Positions 10,049-20,051 of a DNA stretch of 64,000 bases are shown in pieces. The DNA is from Obrimoposthia wandeli. Taxonomy: Eukaryota. The DNA lies in contig CDROCS010006702.1 of assembly GCA_977020255.1 (NCBI GenBank), forward strand, positions 1-64,000. The letters run 5' to 3'. The notes beneath the pieces are model-generated. The model made no database searches and was not told the DNA's origin. It saw nothing but the letters and a program-made list of their open reading frames with translations. Both the position numbers and the translations under genes were made by a program. How positions within the stretch are numbered: the first letter of the stretch is position 1; the number at the start of each line of letters is the position of its first letter.

Positions 10049-13000
10049 ACCCCCTCCTCGAATAGCTGATCTAAGTGTTCTATTAATGCTTTATCAGGCT
10101 TTGTGTAAAAAACACCGGTAGGCGAATCTGCTTGTAAGCCACGTAAAAATAAATAGAACACGCCACCAATATCTTTTTCGTAGTCATAATTCAATAAACG
10201 GCTTCTCAAAAAACGATGCAGCGCTAATGTATACAGCACATATTGGAAATCATAACGATGCTCTATCATCGATTCTGCCATTGATTCTTGTTGATAATTC
10301 TCAACAGCATCTCCTAAATAGTTAGATTTATAATCCACCACATAATATTGATTATTGTGACGTAACGTTAAATCTATAAAACCTTTTAACATGCCCGATA
10401 CTTGATGAAACTTCAGCTCACCGGCGCGTTTAGCCAGTGGATCAAAACGTTTGAGTAAGCTATTTATTGCCGTGTGGTGCACCGTCTTAAACGGTAAGAC
10501 GAACTCCATTTCTACTAGCCTATCTACTGGTGCAATATCCTTTAAGCAAAAAGCTGAGGCATTGTTGTTTGCCTCTTCGCCATCATTAGTTATATGAAGA
10601 GGCACATTCAATGACTGCTGCACAAAAGCCGCCAAGCTCGGTACCCATTCAAGATCAAAGCCACTTAATGGCAAGCGCTTTTCTAATACAGCAATAATTT
10701 CATCTATACCCTCAGGCTCACCTGCGGTTGAGAAATCAATCTCTTCATAAATGGTATGTAAAAATGTACCTGCTACAGCGCCTTTTGCAAAAGTGAATAT
10801 ATTTTTATCCGTCAGTAATTCTGCATCTTTTTGATGTGCCTCAGCGGCGACTTCTAAATCAAGACGGTCATTATCTAAAGCGGATTTTGAAACTTCGTTA
10901 TTGGTATTATCAGAGTATTGCGTATGGTTTTGAGATAACGCTGAATAGCTGGTCACACGCCATTGATGCTGCATTCTTCTATTAAAAGCTCTCACACTCA
11001 AAGCAGGTGCTGAAGACTTCTCAACAGGGTTTTGATTTGTAACTAAATCGTCACCAAATAAATCAGCTTGCGCTAAATCTATTTTCCCTGTGTTAATCAT
11101 CTCTATATGCTCATTCTCACCTGCTAGCTGGGTTAAGGCTTGCTCTACACTGATGCCTTCAAGCCAAGTGCTTTCATTATTTTGGCTAATCAGTGTCAGT
11201 AAATAACCAATCGCTGTTTTTTGCCAAACGCTTTTATTGCGTAAACAAACATCCGCCATACCAATGAAGCATCCGTGGGCTGCACGGGTAATTGCGACAT
11301 ACAACAATCTTAAATCTTCTGCTAATTGCTCTTTTTCAATCGCTTCTTTATGCAAAGAGCTACTGGCGTTTGCATCAAGAATTGCTTGCCCGTCATCATC
11401 ATGAAATAACTGGTTTTGCGCACTTTTATAACGACATGCAAAAGGCAGATAGACTAAATCATATTCTAAGCCTTTTGATTTATGTATTGTGATCACTGTT
11501 ACTCGTGAACGGTCACTGTCTAAACGCAGCTGCTGCTCTTGTGCTGAATTAGCGCTTTGATGACGCTTATCTTGTAAAAAGCGCATTAACGCTTCATTTG
11601 ATTCAAGCTCAGCACTTGCTTGTTGTAACAGTTCTGCCAAGTGCAAGTAATCAGTTAATCGACGCTCTCCACTGTTTTTGCCGCTCTGTGAGCTCAGCCA
11701 TCTTTGCGCAAGCTTACGCTGTTGCAATAAAGCATGCAGCATGGCTAATACACCGCTGCGCCACCATATTTTGCGATAGTTAATAAACTCTTCTACCAAT
11801 GACTCCCACGCTTGTTCATCTTGGTTTAGCTCAAACAGCTCTTTACCCGTTAACTGAAAAATAGTGGTGGCTAATGCGGTACGTAAAAAACGCTCATTAC
11901 TGGGGTCATTCACCGCTTGTAGAATGTATTGCAACTCACGAGCAACATCCATGCTGTAAACATTTTCACGGTTTGACATAAACACTGAATCAACATGCAC
12001 TTTAGTCAGCGCTTGTTGTATTAAGCTTGCCTCTTTTCTATCACGCACTAATACCGCGATATTTGCAGGCGTTACCGGCTGTTGATTAATTTCGCCGTGC
12101 TCTAACATTCGGCTTATGTGAGCTGCACAAATCGTCGCATAGTCTGTTAAATATTGATCATTATTAACACTTTTATCACTGAGCCAAAAAGACATAGCTG
12201 ACACAGGCTGTTTATATAAACTCAGTGTTTGCACTGATTTATTAGCTGCACTGACCCGATAAAATGGAATATCTTTTTTATATAAAAAAGGCGCTGGTGA
12301 GCGTGAAAAAAGTTGATTCGTGGCGCTGACCATAGCACTTGATGAGCGCCAATTGGTACCTAGCGTGTAATGTTTAGTGACTTGTCTGCGCGCTGTCATA
12401 TAGGTAAAGATATCGGCGCCACGAAATGAATAAATTGACTGCTTAGGATCTCCAATCATCAACAAACCAAGGGTATTAGCAGGCACTGGCTTTATTGGCG
12501 TAAGTTCACCGCTTTCTGCTGGTTCGCTATCTGCTAGTACATCGTTAGAGCTATAAAGCGTTGAAAAAATAGCGTATTGCTCAGGGTCTGTATCTTGAAA
12601 CTCGTCAATTAATGCAAAAGGATATTGCTTGCGAATAGCATTCGCCAGCATATCACCGGTGTTTGATTGCAACGCGCCTGCCAGCTTTTGTAATAAATCA
12701 TCAAAGCTTAGCTGTTGCTGTTTGTGCTTTTCTAAACGCATATTACGTTTCACAGCGGCTAATGCTCTACAAAATATAACCGCTTTAATATTTATTTGCT
12801 GTGCGCAAAACGCTTCTATTTTTTCAAATATGTGATGTCTAGCAACCTCATCTGTTTTAGAGTTTTCAACAAGATGTGATTGGGAGAATTTCATCAACTC
12901 TTTAAAGGGTGCTTTTTCGCCTTGCGCAAATAATTGTAATTTTGCATACCAAGTCGGTAAGTTCTTCTTGGTATAACTACGCTTGTTGGCTGAGGAGTTT

Positions 13001-13821
13001 TGAATCAATGCCTGTAAATCATCACCTGGGTCAGTACTTAGAAAAACCTGCTGTAATTCAATGCGTAGCTGTACTTGCTCAGCTTGAAATAATTGCCAAT
13101 TTTCTGCTAATGCAAACTCTTGATAATCAGGCTCTAACTGTAAGCCGCTTAAGCCTAAGTAGCTTCTAATTTGACTTAATAAACGATCAGGTGTGGCATA
13201 AGCACTCAGTATTTCGTGCGCTAATTCATCTGGCGCCAGATACACTTCTTGGCGCCAATAATCTAATAGTGCTTGGCGTACGATGGCACTGTCATCATTA
13301 ATTAACTGTGCATTGAAGTTAGCACCTGATTCAAAGGCATGCTGTTTCAACATACGCTGGCAAAAACCATGAATCGTAAATACTGCGGCTTGATCCATTT
13401 CAGAGGCTGCAAATTCTAAATCTAAGACAGCGCGTTCGTGATCTTGGTGTAGTGCTAGCAGCTGTTTAATAAAATGGTCTTCACTCTCACCTAATACAAA
13501 GGCAACCCTTGCCTCTTGGATACGCGAGCGAATTCTTTCGCGTAACTCTTGCGTAGCTGCATCTGTAAAGGTCACCACTAAAATGCGATTAACCTCTAAA
13601 GGCGATGGCGTACCAACACCTAATAACAAGCGCAAATACAACGCCGCTAAAGTATAGGTTTTGCCGGTACCGGCACTGGCTTCTATTAACGCTTGCCCGG
13701 TTAATGGCATATTGATTGGATCAAGAATTTCAGGCGCTAGTAATTGCTCTGTCTCTGCTTCTATCTCGACTTCTATTTTCTCTTCGAGACTGTTTTCAGG
13801 CTGATCATCAATAGAATGCAT
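10045..13821 (-). CDS. recB: Exodeoxyribonuclease V beta subunit
   Basis: EASAGTGKT, DEFQDTD, GDPKQSIYSFRGAD, TIHKSKGLEY, and C-terminal nuclease GFIDL...VDYKSN. Confidence 0.97.
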   Translation of the reverse strand: MHSIDDQPENSLEEKIEVEIEAETEQLLAPEILDPINMPLTGQALIEASAGTGKTYTLAALYLRLLLGVGTPSPLEVNRILVVTFTDAATQELRERIRSRIQEARVAFVLGESEDHFIKQLLALHQDHERAVLDLEFAASEMDQAAVFTIHGFCQRMLKQHAFESGANFNAQLINDDSAIVRQALLDYWRQEVYLAPDELAHEILSAYATPDRLLSQIRSYLGLSGLQLEPDYQEFALAENWQLFQAEQVQLRIELQQVFLSTDPGDDLQALIQNSSANKRSYTKKNLPTWYAKLQLFAQGEKAPFKELMKFSQSHLVENSKTDEVARHHIFEKIEAFCAQQINIKAVIFCRALAAVKRNMRLEKHKQQQLSFDDLLQKLAGALQSNTGDMLANAIRKQYPFALIDEFQDTDPEQYAIFSTLYSSNDVLADSEPAESGELTPIKPVPANTLGLLMIGDPKQSIYSFRGADIFTYMTARRQVTKHYTLGTNWRSSSAMVSATNQLFSRSPAPFLYKKDIPFYRVSAANKSVQTLSLYKQPVSAMSFWLSDKSVNNDQYLTDYATICAAHISRMLEHGEINQQPVTPANIAVLVRDRKEASLIQQALTKVHVDSVFMSNRENVYSMDVARELQYILQAVNDPSNERFLRTALATTIFQLTGKELFELNQDEQAWESLVEEFINYRKIWWRSGVLAMLHALLQQRKLAQRWLSSQSGKNSGERRLTDYLHLAELLQQASAELESNEALMRFLQDKRHQSANSAQEQQLRLDSDRSRVTVITIHKSKGLEYDLVYLPFACRYKSAQNQLFHDDDGQAILDANASSSLHKEAIEKEQLAEDLRLLYVAITRAAHGCFIGMADVCLRNKSVWQKTAIGYLLTLISQNNESTWLEGISVEQALTQLAGENEHIEMINTGKIDLAQADLFGDDLVTNQNPVEKSSAPALSVRAFNRRMQHQWRVTSYSALSQNHTQYSDNTNNEVSKSALDNDRLDLEVAAEAHQKDAELLTDKNIFTFAKGAVAGTFLHTIYEEIDFSTAGEPEGIDEIIAVLEKRLPLSGFDLEWVPSLAAFVQQSLNVPLHITNDGEEANNNASAFCLKDIAPVDRLVEMEFVLPFKTVHHTAINSLLKRFDPLAKRAGELKFHQVSGMLKGFIDLTLRHNNQYYVVDYKSNYLGDAVENYQQESMAESMIEHRYDFQYVLYTLALHRFLRSRLLNYDYEKDIGGVFYLFLRGLQADSPTGVFYTKPDKALIEHLDQLFEEGV

Positions 13822-16800
13822 TATGTATCCTCCGATGTATCAATCACTAAATATTGCGATAATGGCTCAAAAATCTCATGGTTAATGCGTTGTAACCCAG
13901 GAGCTAAGTCTCTCCATTTTGGATACACGCGTAAGATATAAGGATCTTCAAATAAATTATAATTCTTCTCTATCTTCTGCATTGTTTTATCAATGTCTTC
14001 AGTGCTTTGTAACTGCCAACCTATATCAGGTAACCAGGCTAGAGGCTTAGCTAAACCTTGTTTGAATAGCTCTATCAAGGTGGCCAAATACTCTATCGCT
14101 TGTGAAGGTGCTACTGGCTTAAAATGAAACTGCTCGTTTATGGCTCTAAAATAGGTGGTATGTTGACAGCCATTGGCGCATGCACTGAGATGCTCTATCC
14201 AAGTACTGATATAAATGCGTCCACTGCTATTAGCGGCACTGTATTTGACCACGCCACTTTCAAACAAAGGCTCTATCCACCCTTGTAACTGCACCTCAGC
14301 AATCGACAAATCAAAGGCTAAGCGATGTGCTGACCCTTTCATTAAAGGCTGTATTTTTTCACAAAGTTCAGTAGCATCTCGACAGTTTTTAGTGACATTT
14401 TTATCACCCGCCACACCTAAGGGCATTACACCCGATGCTTGCAGGTAACGGCTATAGCTAGCGGTTGATCTATTGCATAACGCGGTATTTAATAATCGAT
14501 CTCGTACAATGTAATTATCTAGCCCGTTTAGTTCAAAGGGTTCTTCATCATCTATTTGTGCAATTTCTTCTACAAAGTTTACTTGTAACGTGTGCTGTAA
14601 AAAATATTTAATAGGCTGCTTAAAAAAAGCCGTTAAATCTTTTAGCTGAACAACTTCTACTATCGGCAGTGGCAATGCGTGAGAGAAATCATCGCTCGCC
14701 AGTTGATCATCATTTTGCTGCGCATTTAAATTCGCGATAGGGAGCCATTGCTTAGCGTAGCTAAATAGATCATTACTTTGATCAAAATAACTCATGTGGT
14801 AAGCCGTTAATGGGTGTTCTGTGGTTAAGTGCGCCAATAGCGCTTGCCCTTGGCGCTCTATCATTAAAATAGTGGCTTCATTCTCACCTTTCATAGCTGA
14901 GCTTTCTAAAAAGAAACCTTGCTGAATGTATTCAAATAATTCACTCACTAACACTGACGGGTTACGCTGGCTATTATCTGTTAACGAGTGGCCGACATAG
15001 CTAATGTACAAGGCCGATCTGGCTGATAATAATGCCTCTAAAAATAGGTATCGGTCGTCATCTCTTCTTGATCTATCGCCTTTTCGGCTGTGCTCGACCA
15101 TTAAATCAAAACCCATGGCCGGTACTGACCGTGGGTAATCAACATCATTCATCCCTAACAAACACACCACTTGAAAAGGTATTGCGCGCATCGGCATTAA
15201 CGTGCAAAAGTTAATTTTACCCGATAAAAAACGCTGACTTGAGCGCTGTGCACTCAAGTTTTGTTGCAAGTAATCTAAAATTATTTCAGCACTAATATCT
15301 TGGTCGTAATGCACTTCATCAAGAGTGGTTTGCAATGTTTCTAAGGCGTTATAAATCAGCTCTAGTGCGGCGAGATCTTCATCGTCAGCTTGATAGATAT
15401 CATTGAGTAATTGATGAAAAAACTCAACCCAATCAGATAAACTACAACAGCGAGTGAACTGTGTTTTACAGCGCTGTAATACATCAAAGAAATAATATAG
15501 CTGGCCTAAGCTTTCAGCTTCTAAACCTGCTATTTCACTGTAAGGAGAAATGCCTTGCCACGTTTGCTTTATATCTCCCAATACAAAACCTGCAAACATT
15601 CTATCTAGCCCGAACTGCCAGCTATTTTGGTTAAAACTAGGTAATTCAAGTACCTCACGGTTTTGTGCATCTAAGCCCCACTTTATGCCTGACTCAACAA
15701 TCCAGTGCCTTACTTTTTCAAAGGTCACTTCATCAAACTCAAGCGTGCGTAAAATGGCAGGTAATGACATTAGTTCTAATATTTGCGAGCAGCCGTAGCG
15801 GCTTTTAGATAGGTTTAACAGGTTTAGAAAATTGGCTATTAAAGGCGACTCTTGTTGTGCATTACGATCTGATATTGAAAAAGGTAAATACTTTTCATTA
15901 CTGGCTTGGCCAAACACCGCCTCGATAAAGGGGCTGTATTTTGAAACATCGGGCACCATAACAATAATGTCACGCGCCTCTAACTGTGTGTTGTTCTCTA
16001 GCATCGCCAATAACTGATCTTGCAATACTTCAACTTCGCGCATCGGGCTATAACAGCTGTGTAACTCAATGCTCGCATCAGTGCTTTTTACACTTAAGCG
16101 TGCGTTATTAGTCAGTGAGCTATCGAGCAAATCATCATTTTCCTCGAACTTTCTATTTTTAAGCGATAAAATATCGCTTTGTAATGACGATAATAAACTC
16201 TCATGATTATCATCACTAAACAAGTCTACTTCAGGCAGCTCTAGCTGCGTCAACATATACAGATAATCACGCCCAAGCTTACCCATCGATGCCAATAACG
16301 GGTTACCTTGCTCATACATCGTTAATTTAGATATTTGTTCATTGTGCAGTGTTTTATCAGCCACGTATTCTTGGCGCAATAAGCTTCCTAAAAATCGCTT
16401 ATCAACAATATCACTCCAAAATTGTCGGCATGGGTTTGCGACCATTAAATGAATGTCACATCGCTTACCTAAGCGCACCAATGCTTGTAGATAATTATCG
16501 GGCAACGCCGATATGCCAAAAACAAATAAACGCTGCGGTATATTACTATCTGGCGCCTCATCAATGGCTTGAATAAAAGCATCATACATATTTGCGCGAT
16601 GCCAATGCGGTAGCTCTCTGCGTTTGTTATCACTCACAATAGCGCGCCATAAAATTGGCTGCCACAATTGCTCTACATCTGCCGGTGCGTTGTCATCTTT
16701 TTCCCAAGCGCCTATCCAATCTGGGCGATAAACTAGATATTGATCAAACAAATCGGCTATCTGCTCACACAACTGATACAAGCGAATAGGTTCAGGATCT

Positions 16801-17150
16801 TCGGCTAAATATTGAGTTAGTGATTGAAACTCTGCTTGCGCTAAATAGTTAGGCAACACACTCATCAGTATCCAGGTCATACTCTCTTTTGAGTAAGCTG
16901 AGCGCTCTGGTACATCGATCAATAACTGTGAGAAAGTGCGCCATAAGAAGCTGGCAGGTAGCGGAAATTCAATATTGGCTGCTATACCAATGCGTTGCGC
17001 TAGCTCTAATTTGAGCCATTGCGCCATACCTGGGCTTTGAACCAGTATTTGTTCTGCACAAAAAGGGTCAGCGAGAGGCTCTCTAGCGATCATCTCAACT
17101 AAGACATCGCGCAGCGTGCTAAGGGAATTGGAGTGATATACTTTTAACAA
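13821..17150 (-). CDS. recC: Exodeoxyribonuclease V gamma subunit
   Basis: MLKVYHSN start, ILVQSPGMAQWL, FCTLMPMRAIPF; operonic with recB and recD. Confidence 0.96.
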   Translation of the reverse strand: MLKVYHSNSLSTLRDVLVEMIAREPLADPFCAEQILVQSPGMAQWLKLELAQRIGIAANIEFPLPASFLWRTFSQLLIDVPERSAYSKESMTWILMSVLPNYLAQAEFQSLTQYLAEDPEPIRLYQLCEQIADLFDQYLVYRPDWIGAWEKDDNAPADVEQLWQPILWRAIVSDNKRRELPHWHRANMYDAFIQAIDEAPDSNIPQRLFVFGISALPDNYLQALVRLGKRCDIHLMVANPCRQFWSDIVDKRFLGSLLRQEYVADKTLHNEQISKLTMYEQGNPLLASMGKLGRDYLYMLTQLELPEVDLFSDDNHESLLSSLQSDILSLKNRKFEENDDLLDSSLTNNARLSVKSTDASIELHSCYSPMREVEVLQDQLLAMLENNTQLEARDIIVMVPDVSKYSPFIEAVFGQASNEKYLPFSISDRNAQQESPLIANFLNLLNLSKSRYGCSQILELMSLPAILRTLEFDEVTFEKVRHWIVESGIKWGLDAQNREVLELPSFNQNSWQFGLDRMFAGFVLGDIKQTWQGISPYSEIAGLEAESLGQLYYFFDVLQRCKTQFTRCCSLSDWVEFFHQLLNDIYQADDEDLAALELIYNALETLQTTLDEVHYDQDISAEIILDYLQQNLSAQRSSQRFLSGKINFCTLMPMRAIPFQVVCLLGMNDVDYPRSVPAMGFDLMVEHSRKGDRSRRDDDRYLFLEALLSARSALYISYVGHSLTDNSQRNPSVLVSELFEYIQQGFFLESSAMKGENEATILMIERQGQALLAHLTTEHPLTAYHMSYFDQSNDLFSYAKQWLPIANLNAQQNDDQLASDDFSHALPLPIVEVVQLKDLTAFFKQPIKYFLQHTLQVNFVEEIAQIDDEEPFELNGLDNYIVRDRLLNTALCNRSTASYSRYLQASGVMPLGVAGDKNVTKNCRDATELCEKIQPLMKGSAHRLAFDLSIAEVQLQGWIEPLFESGVVKYSAANSSGRIYISTWIEHLSACANGCQHTTYFRAINEQFHFKPVAPSQAIEYLATLIELFKQGLAKPLAWLPDIGWQLQSTEDIDKTMQKIEKNYNLFEDPYILRVYPKWRDLAPGLQRINHEIFEPLSQYLVIDTSEDT

Positions 17151-17301
17151 AAATCAGCCTGCTATTATTAAAAAACATGGCAATAAAGCAACGCTATAGC
17201 GTAAAGAATTTCTCTTTTGTGGTCGCATTGATAAGCGTTAAAAGAAACCGCCTTACTTTAGATATTTATGCGTAATCTCTATTTAAACAATAAGGCAATA
17301 A

Positions 17302-17526
17302 TTAGGGCTCTGCATCATCATTGACACATTGCGGCTCGATTGGCGCAATCACTGCAGCCGTTGGCAAAAAACCTTCTTCAAGGGTCCAAATATCTTTGCC
17401 CATTTCAACTTTCACCACACCGAGAAAACGCTTACCTAAATACGCGACGGCATCTTCTAATGTATCGATATCACACAACATCACACCGCCACGATCATTC
17501 TCTGTACTAAAAATAAAACTTTTCAA
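17302..17526 (-). CDS. Small hypothetical protein (74 aa)
   Basis: ORF co-oriented between the MFS gene and recC with natural-looking composition; no motif recognised. Confidence 0.55.
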   Translation of the reverse strand: MKSFIFSTENDRGGVMLCDIDTLEDAVAYLGKRFLGVVKVEMGKDIWTLEEGFLPTAAVIAPIEPQCVNDDAEP

Positions 17527-17619
17527 TCTGTGTTATCTCTATTAATTGTTTGTATTTGTGTTAAATGATACCAATTTTCCACGTTAATCATCTAGCTTTA
17601 ACCGTCATGTTAGCCGTTT

Positions 17620-18795
17620 TTATTTGGTCAATACTAAATCTATTTTACGCGATAAATACCATACAACCATGATAGCGATTACCACAACGCCTATCATTAT
17701 TAAATTCATATTTGTCCAGCCTATCGTCGCCTCTAACCAGCCAGAGCTAAGCGCTGATAAAGCCACCATTGAAAAGAGAATAAACTCATTAGCTGCCTGA
17801 CTTTTCGCTTTTTCATGTGGCTTGTACGCTGAAGTGACAATGTGGGTGGCACTGATAAACATAAAGTTCCAGCCTAAGCCTAAGAGTACTAAAGCACTCC
17901 AAAAATGCCAGAGGCTCTGCCCATCATTATTGATAGCGATACAGCCAAGAATAAACACTGAGCCTATCTGTATTAATTTTACAGCACCAAAGCGTACGAT
18001 CAATTTACCCGTAAAAAATGAGGGTAAAAACATACCTAGCACATGCCATTGAATAACCCAGGCTGAATCTGAAAAACTAAAGCCATGATGGTGCATCGCT
18101 AACGGTGTGGCCGACATGAGTAAGTTCATCACAACATAACCTACCGTAGCGGCGACCACTGCTAATGTAAATATCGGCTGAGTAATAATAGTCCAAACAG
18201 AGCGCTGCGGCTCTTGCGAATCAGCTTGTAATGTTGCTTCTGGAAAATCAGCTTGAGTCAGCAAAATAAACGCTAATATATTTAGACCTACCACGCCTAG
18301 AAAGGAGCCGACAAAAGGCGTGCCCTCTATCCAATCTTTACTTTCTACCGCTAAAGCAGGGCCTAAAAAAGCGGCTAACACGCCACCTAACATAACAAAT
18401 GAAATGGCTTTGCTTTTTTCTGCTATTGAACAAGATTCAACCGCAGCAAAACGATACAAAGTACCAAACCCTATTCCTATTCCCAGCATAAAAGAGCCGA
18501 AACAAAAGCCTATAAAGCTATTAAACACCAGCGCAATAGCACAACAAACAGCACCCAAAATACCCAAAGAATTACCGAGATAAAAACCTTTACGACGGCC
18601 TAACTTTTTCATTATTAATGAGGCAGGTATGGTGGCACTCATCAAACCTATAAATTGAAATGCGAGAGGCATCGTTATAAAAGCGTCAGAGGGAGCTAGG
18701 CTTTGTCCTATCAATGCGGCCATAGCCACCAGCAAGATATTACCGGTGCCTAATAGCGCCTGACAGAGCGATAATATAAAAACAGTTTTGTTCAT
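17620..18795 (-). CDS. MFS transporter
   Basis: About 12 hydrophobic helices; MKKLGRRKGF motif A-like loop and YRFAAVE motif. Confidence 0.88.
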   Translation of the reverse strand: MNKTVFILSLCQALLGTGNILLVAMAALIGQSLAPSDAFITMPLAFQFIGLMSATIPASLIMKKLGRRKGFYLGNSLGILGAVCCAIALVFNSFIGFCFGSFMLGIGIGFGTLYRFAAVESCSIAEKSKAISFVMLGGVLAAFLGPALAVESKDWIEGTPFVGSFLGVVGLNILAFILLTQADFPEATLQADSQEPQRSVWTIITQPIFTLAVVAATVGYVVMNLLMSATPLAMHHHGFSFSDSAWVIQWHVLGMFLPSFFTGKLIVRFGAVKLIQIGSVFILGCIAINNDGQSLWHFWSALVLLGLGWNFMFISATHIVTSAYKPHEKAKSQAANEFILFSMVALSALSSGWLEATIGWTNMNLIMIGVVVIAIMVVWYLSRKIDLVLTK

Positions 18796-19145
18796 AAATG
18801 CACACTTAAGAGGTTAGTAAAATGACGTTTTTTGAAATGCTATGATCCGTGTAAGGCCTAGTTTCTATTAATTATTATGCTAGGTATACCTTTAAACTCA
18901 TTGTTTTGTTTTTTTACTCAATTTTAAAATTGCTTCTCATGAAATTTGACTTAAGCCAATTAATTGACTTTAATCAGTCGCATATGGGGATTTTATGTCC
19001 TATTATAATAAAGTACTTTGTTTTACTCAGTCATCATTTTTATGCTCTATAATAAATAGAGACCATATCTGTTAGCTTTATGAACATCACATTAGGCTAG
19101 TGGTAGGCTTTTTCAAATCCTGCTGCATATAGTACGAGAACTTAT

Positions 19146-19940
19146 ATGAATTTAAGCAATATGTTAGTTGTATTAGTAGAACCTTCCAATTTACAGCGTT
19201 CTATTATTAGAAAGCATTTAATTAATTTTGAAGTCACTGAAGTTGAAGAATTTGTGTGTGGTGAAGATGCACTTACCTTTATGAATACGCAAATACCCGA
19301 TATTGTTATCAGCTCTATGCATTTGCCTGATATGACCGCGACTGATATCGTTAAAAAGATGCGTGAGGACTCTCGACTCGAAGAAACTACTTTCCTTCTA
19401 ATCTCTTCAGAAACGCATTACCGCTTTTTAGAACCGGTTCGCCAAGCAGGTGCTATTGGTATATTACCCAAACCTTTTAGTGAAAAAGATTTGGCTAAAG
19501 TACTACACAGCACATTAGATTATATTGGTGATCATGAAACAGAAGTGAGCGATGAAGAATTCGAGAACTTAAGTGTACTGATTGTTGATGATAGTCGCTT
19601 ATCACGTACCTATTTCAAAAACATTTTAAGTGGTTTAGGTGTAAAGAACTTAGTTGAAGCAGAAGATGGTGCTCAAGCTTACGATATGTTTACACAACAG
19701 CATTTTGATTTGGTCGTTACTGACTACAACATGCCTAATGTAGACGGTAAAGAGCTGTTAGAACTGATTAGGCAAAGCAAAGATAAATCATCTGTGCCTG
19801 TAATGATGGTGACCTCGGAGCAAAACGAATCATCACTTGCTGCTATCGAAAGCTCTGGTGTATCTGCATTATTGAAAAAGCCAATCACTTATGATGTGAT
19901 AAAAAGAATTATTATCGAACTTGTCTTTAATGATATTTAA
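19146..19940 (+). CDS. Tandem receiver-domain response regulator (no output domain)
   Basis: Two CheY-like repeats: the first has ISSMHLPDM (no phospho-Asp), the second LIVDDS...VVTDYNMP...MVTS...KKP. Confidence 0.85.
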   Translation: MNLSNMLVVLVEPSNLQRSIIRKHLINFEVTEVEEFVCGEDALTFMNTQIPDIVISSMHLPDMTATDIVKKMREDSRLEETTFLLISSETHYRFLEPVRQAGAIGILPKPFSEKDLAKVLHSTLDYIGDHETEVSDEEFENLSVLIVDDSRLSRTYFKNILSGLGVKNLVEAEDGAQAYDMFTQQHFDLVVTDYNMPNVDGKELLELIRQSKDKSSVPVMMVTSEQNESSLAAIESSGVSALLKKPITYDVIKRIIIELVFNDI

Positions 19941-19954
19941 TTAACGACTAGCCA

Positions 19955-19987
19955 ATAAAAAAGGCCATATTAATGGCCTTTTTTTAT
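19955..19987. terminator. Bidirectional intrinsic terminator
   Basis: ATAAAAAAGGCCAT-ATTA-ATGGCCTTTTTTTAT between convergent genes. Confidence 0.85.
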
Positions 19988-20051
19988 GCTTTCATTTTAG
20001 CTTAAACCTTATAGCTTACATCTTATAAGCCGAGCATTGAAAACGCCTAGA

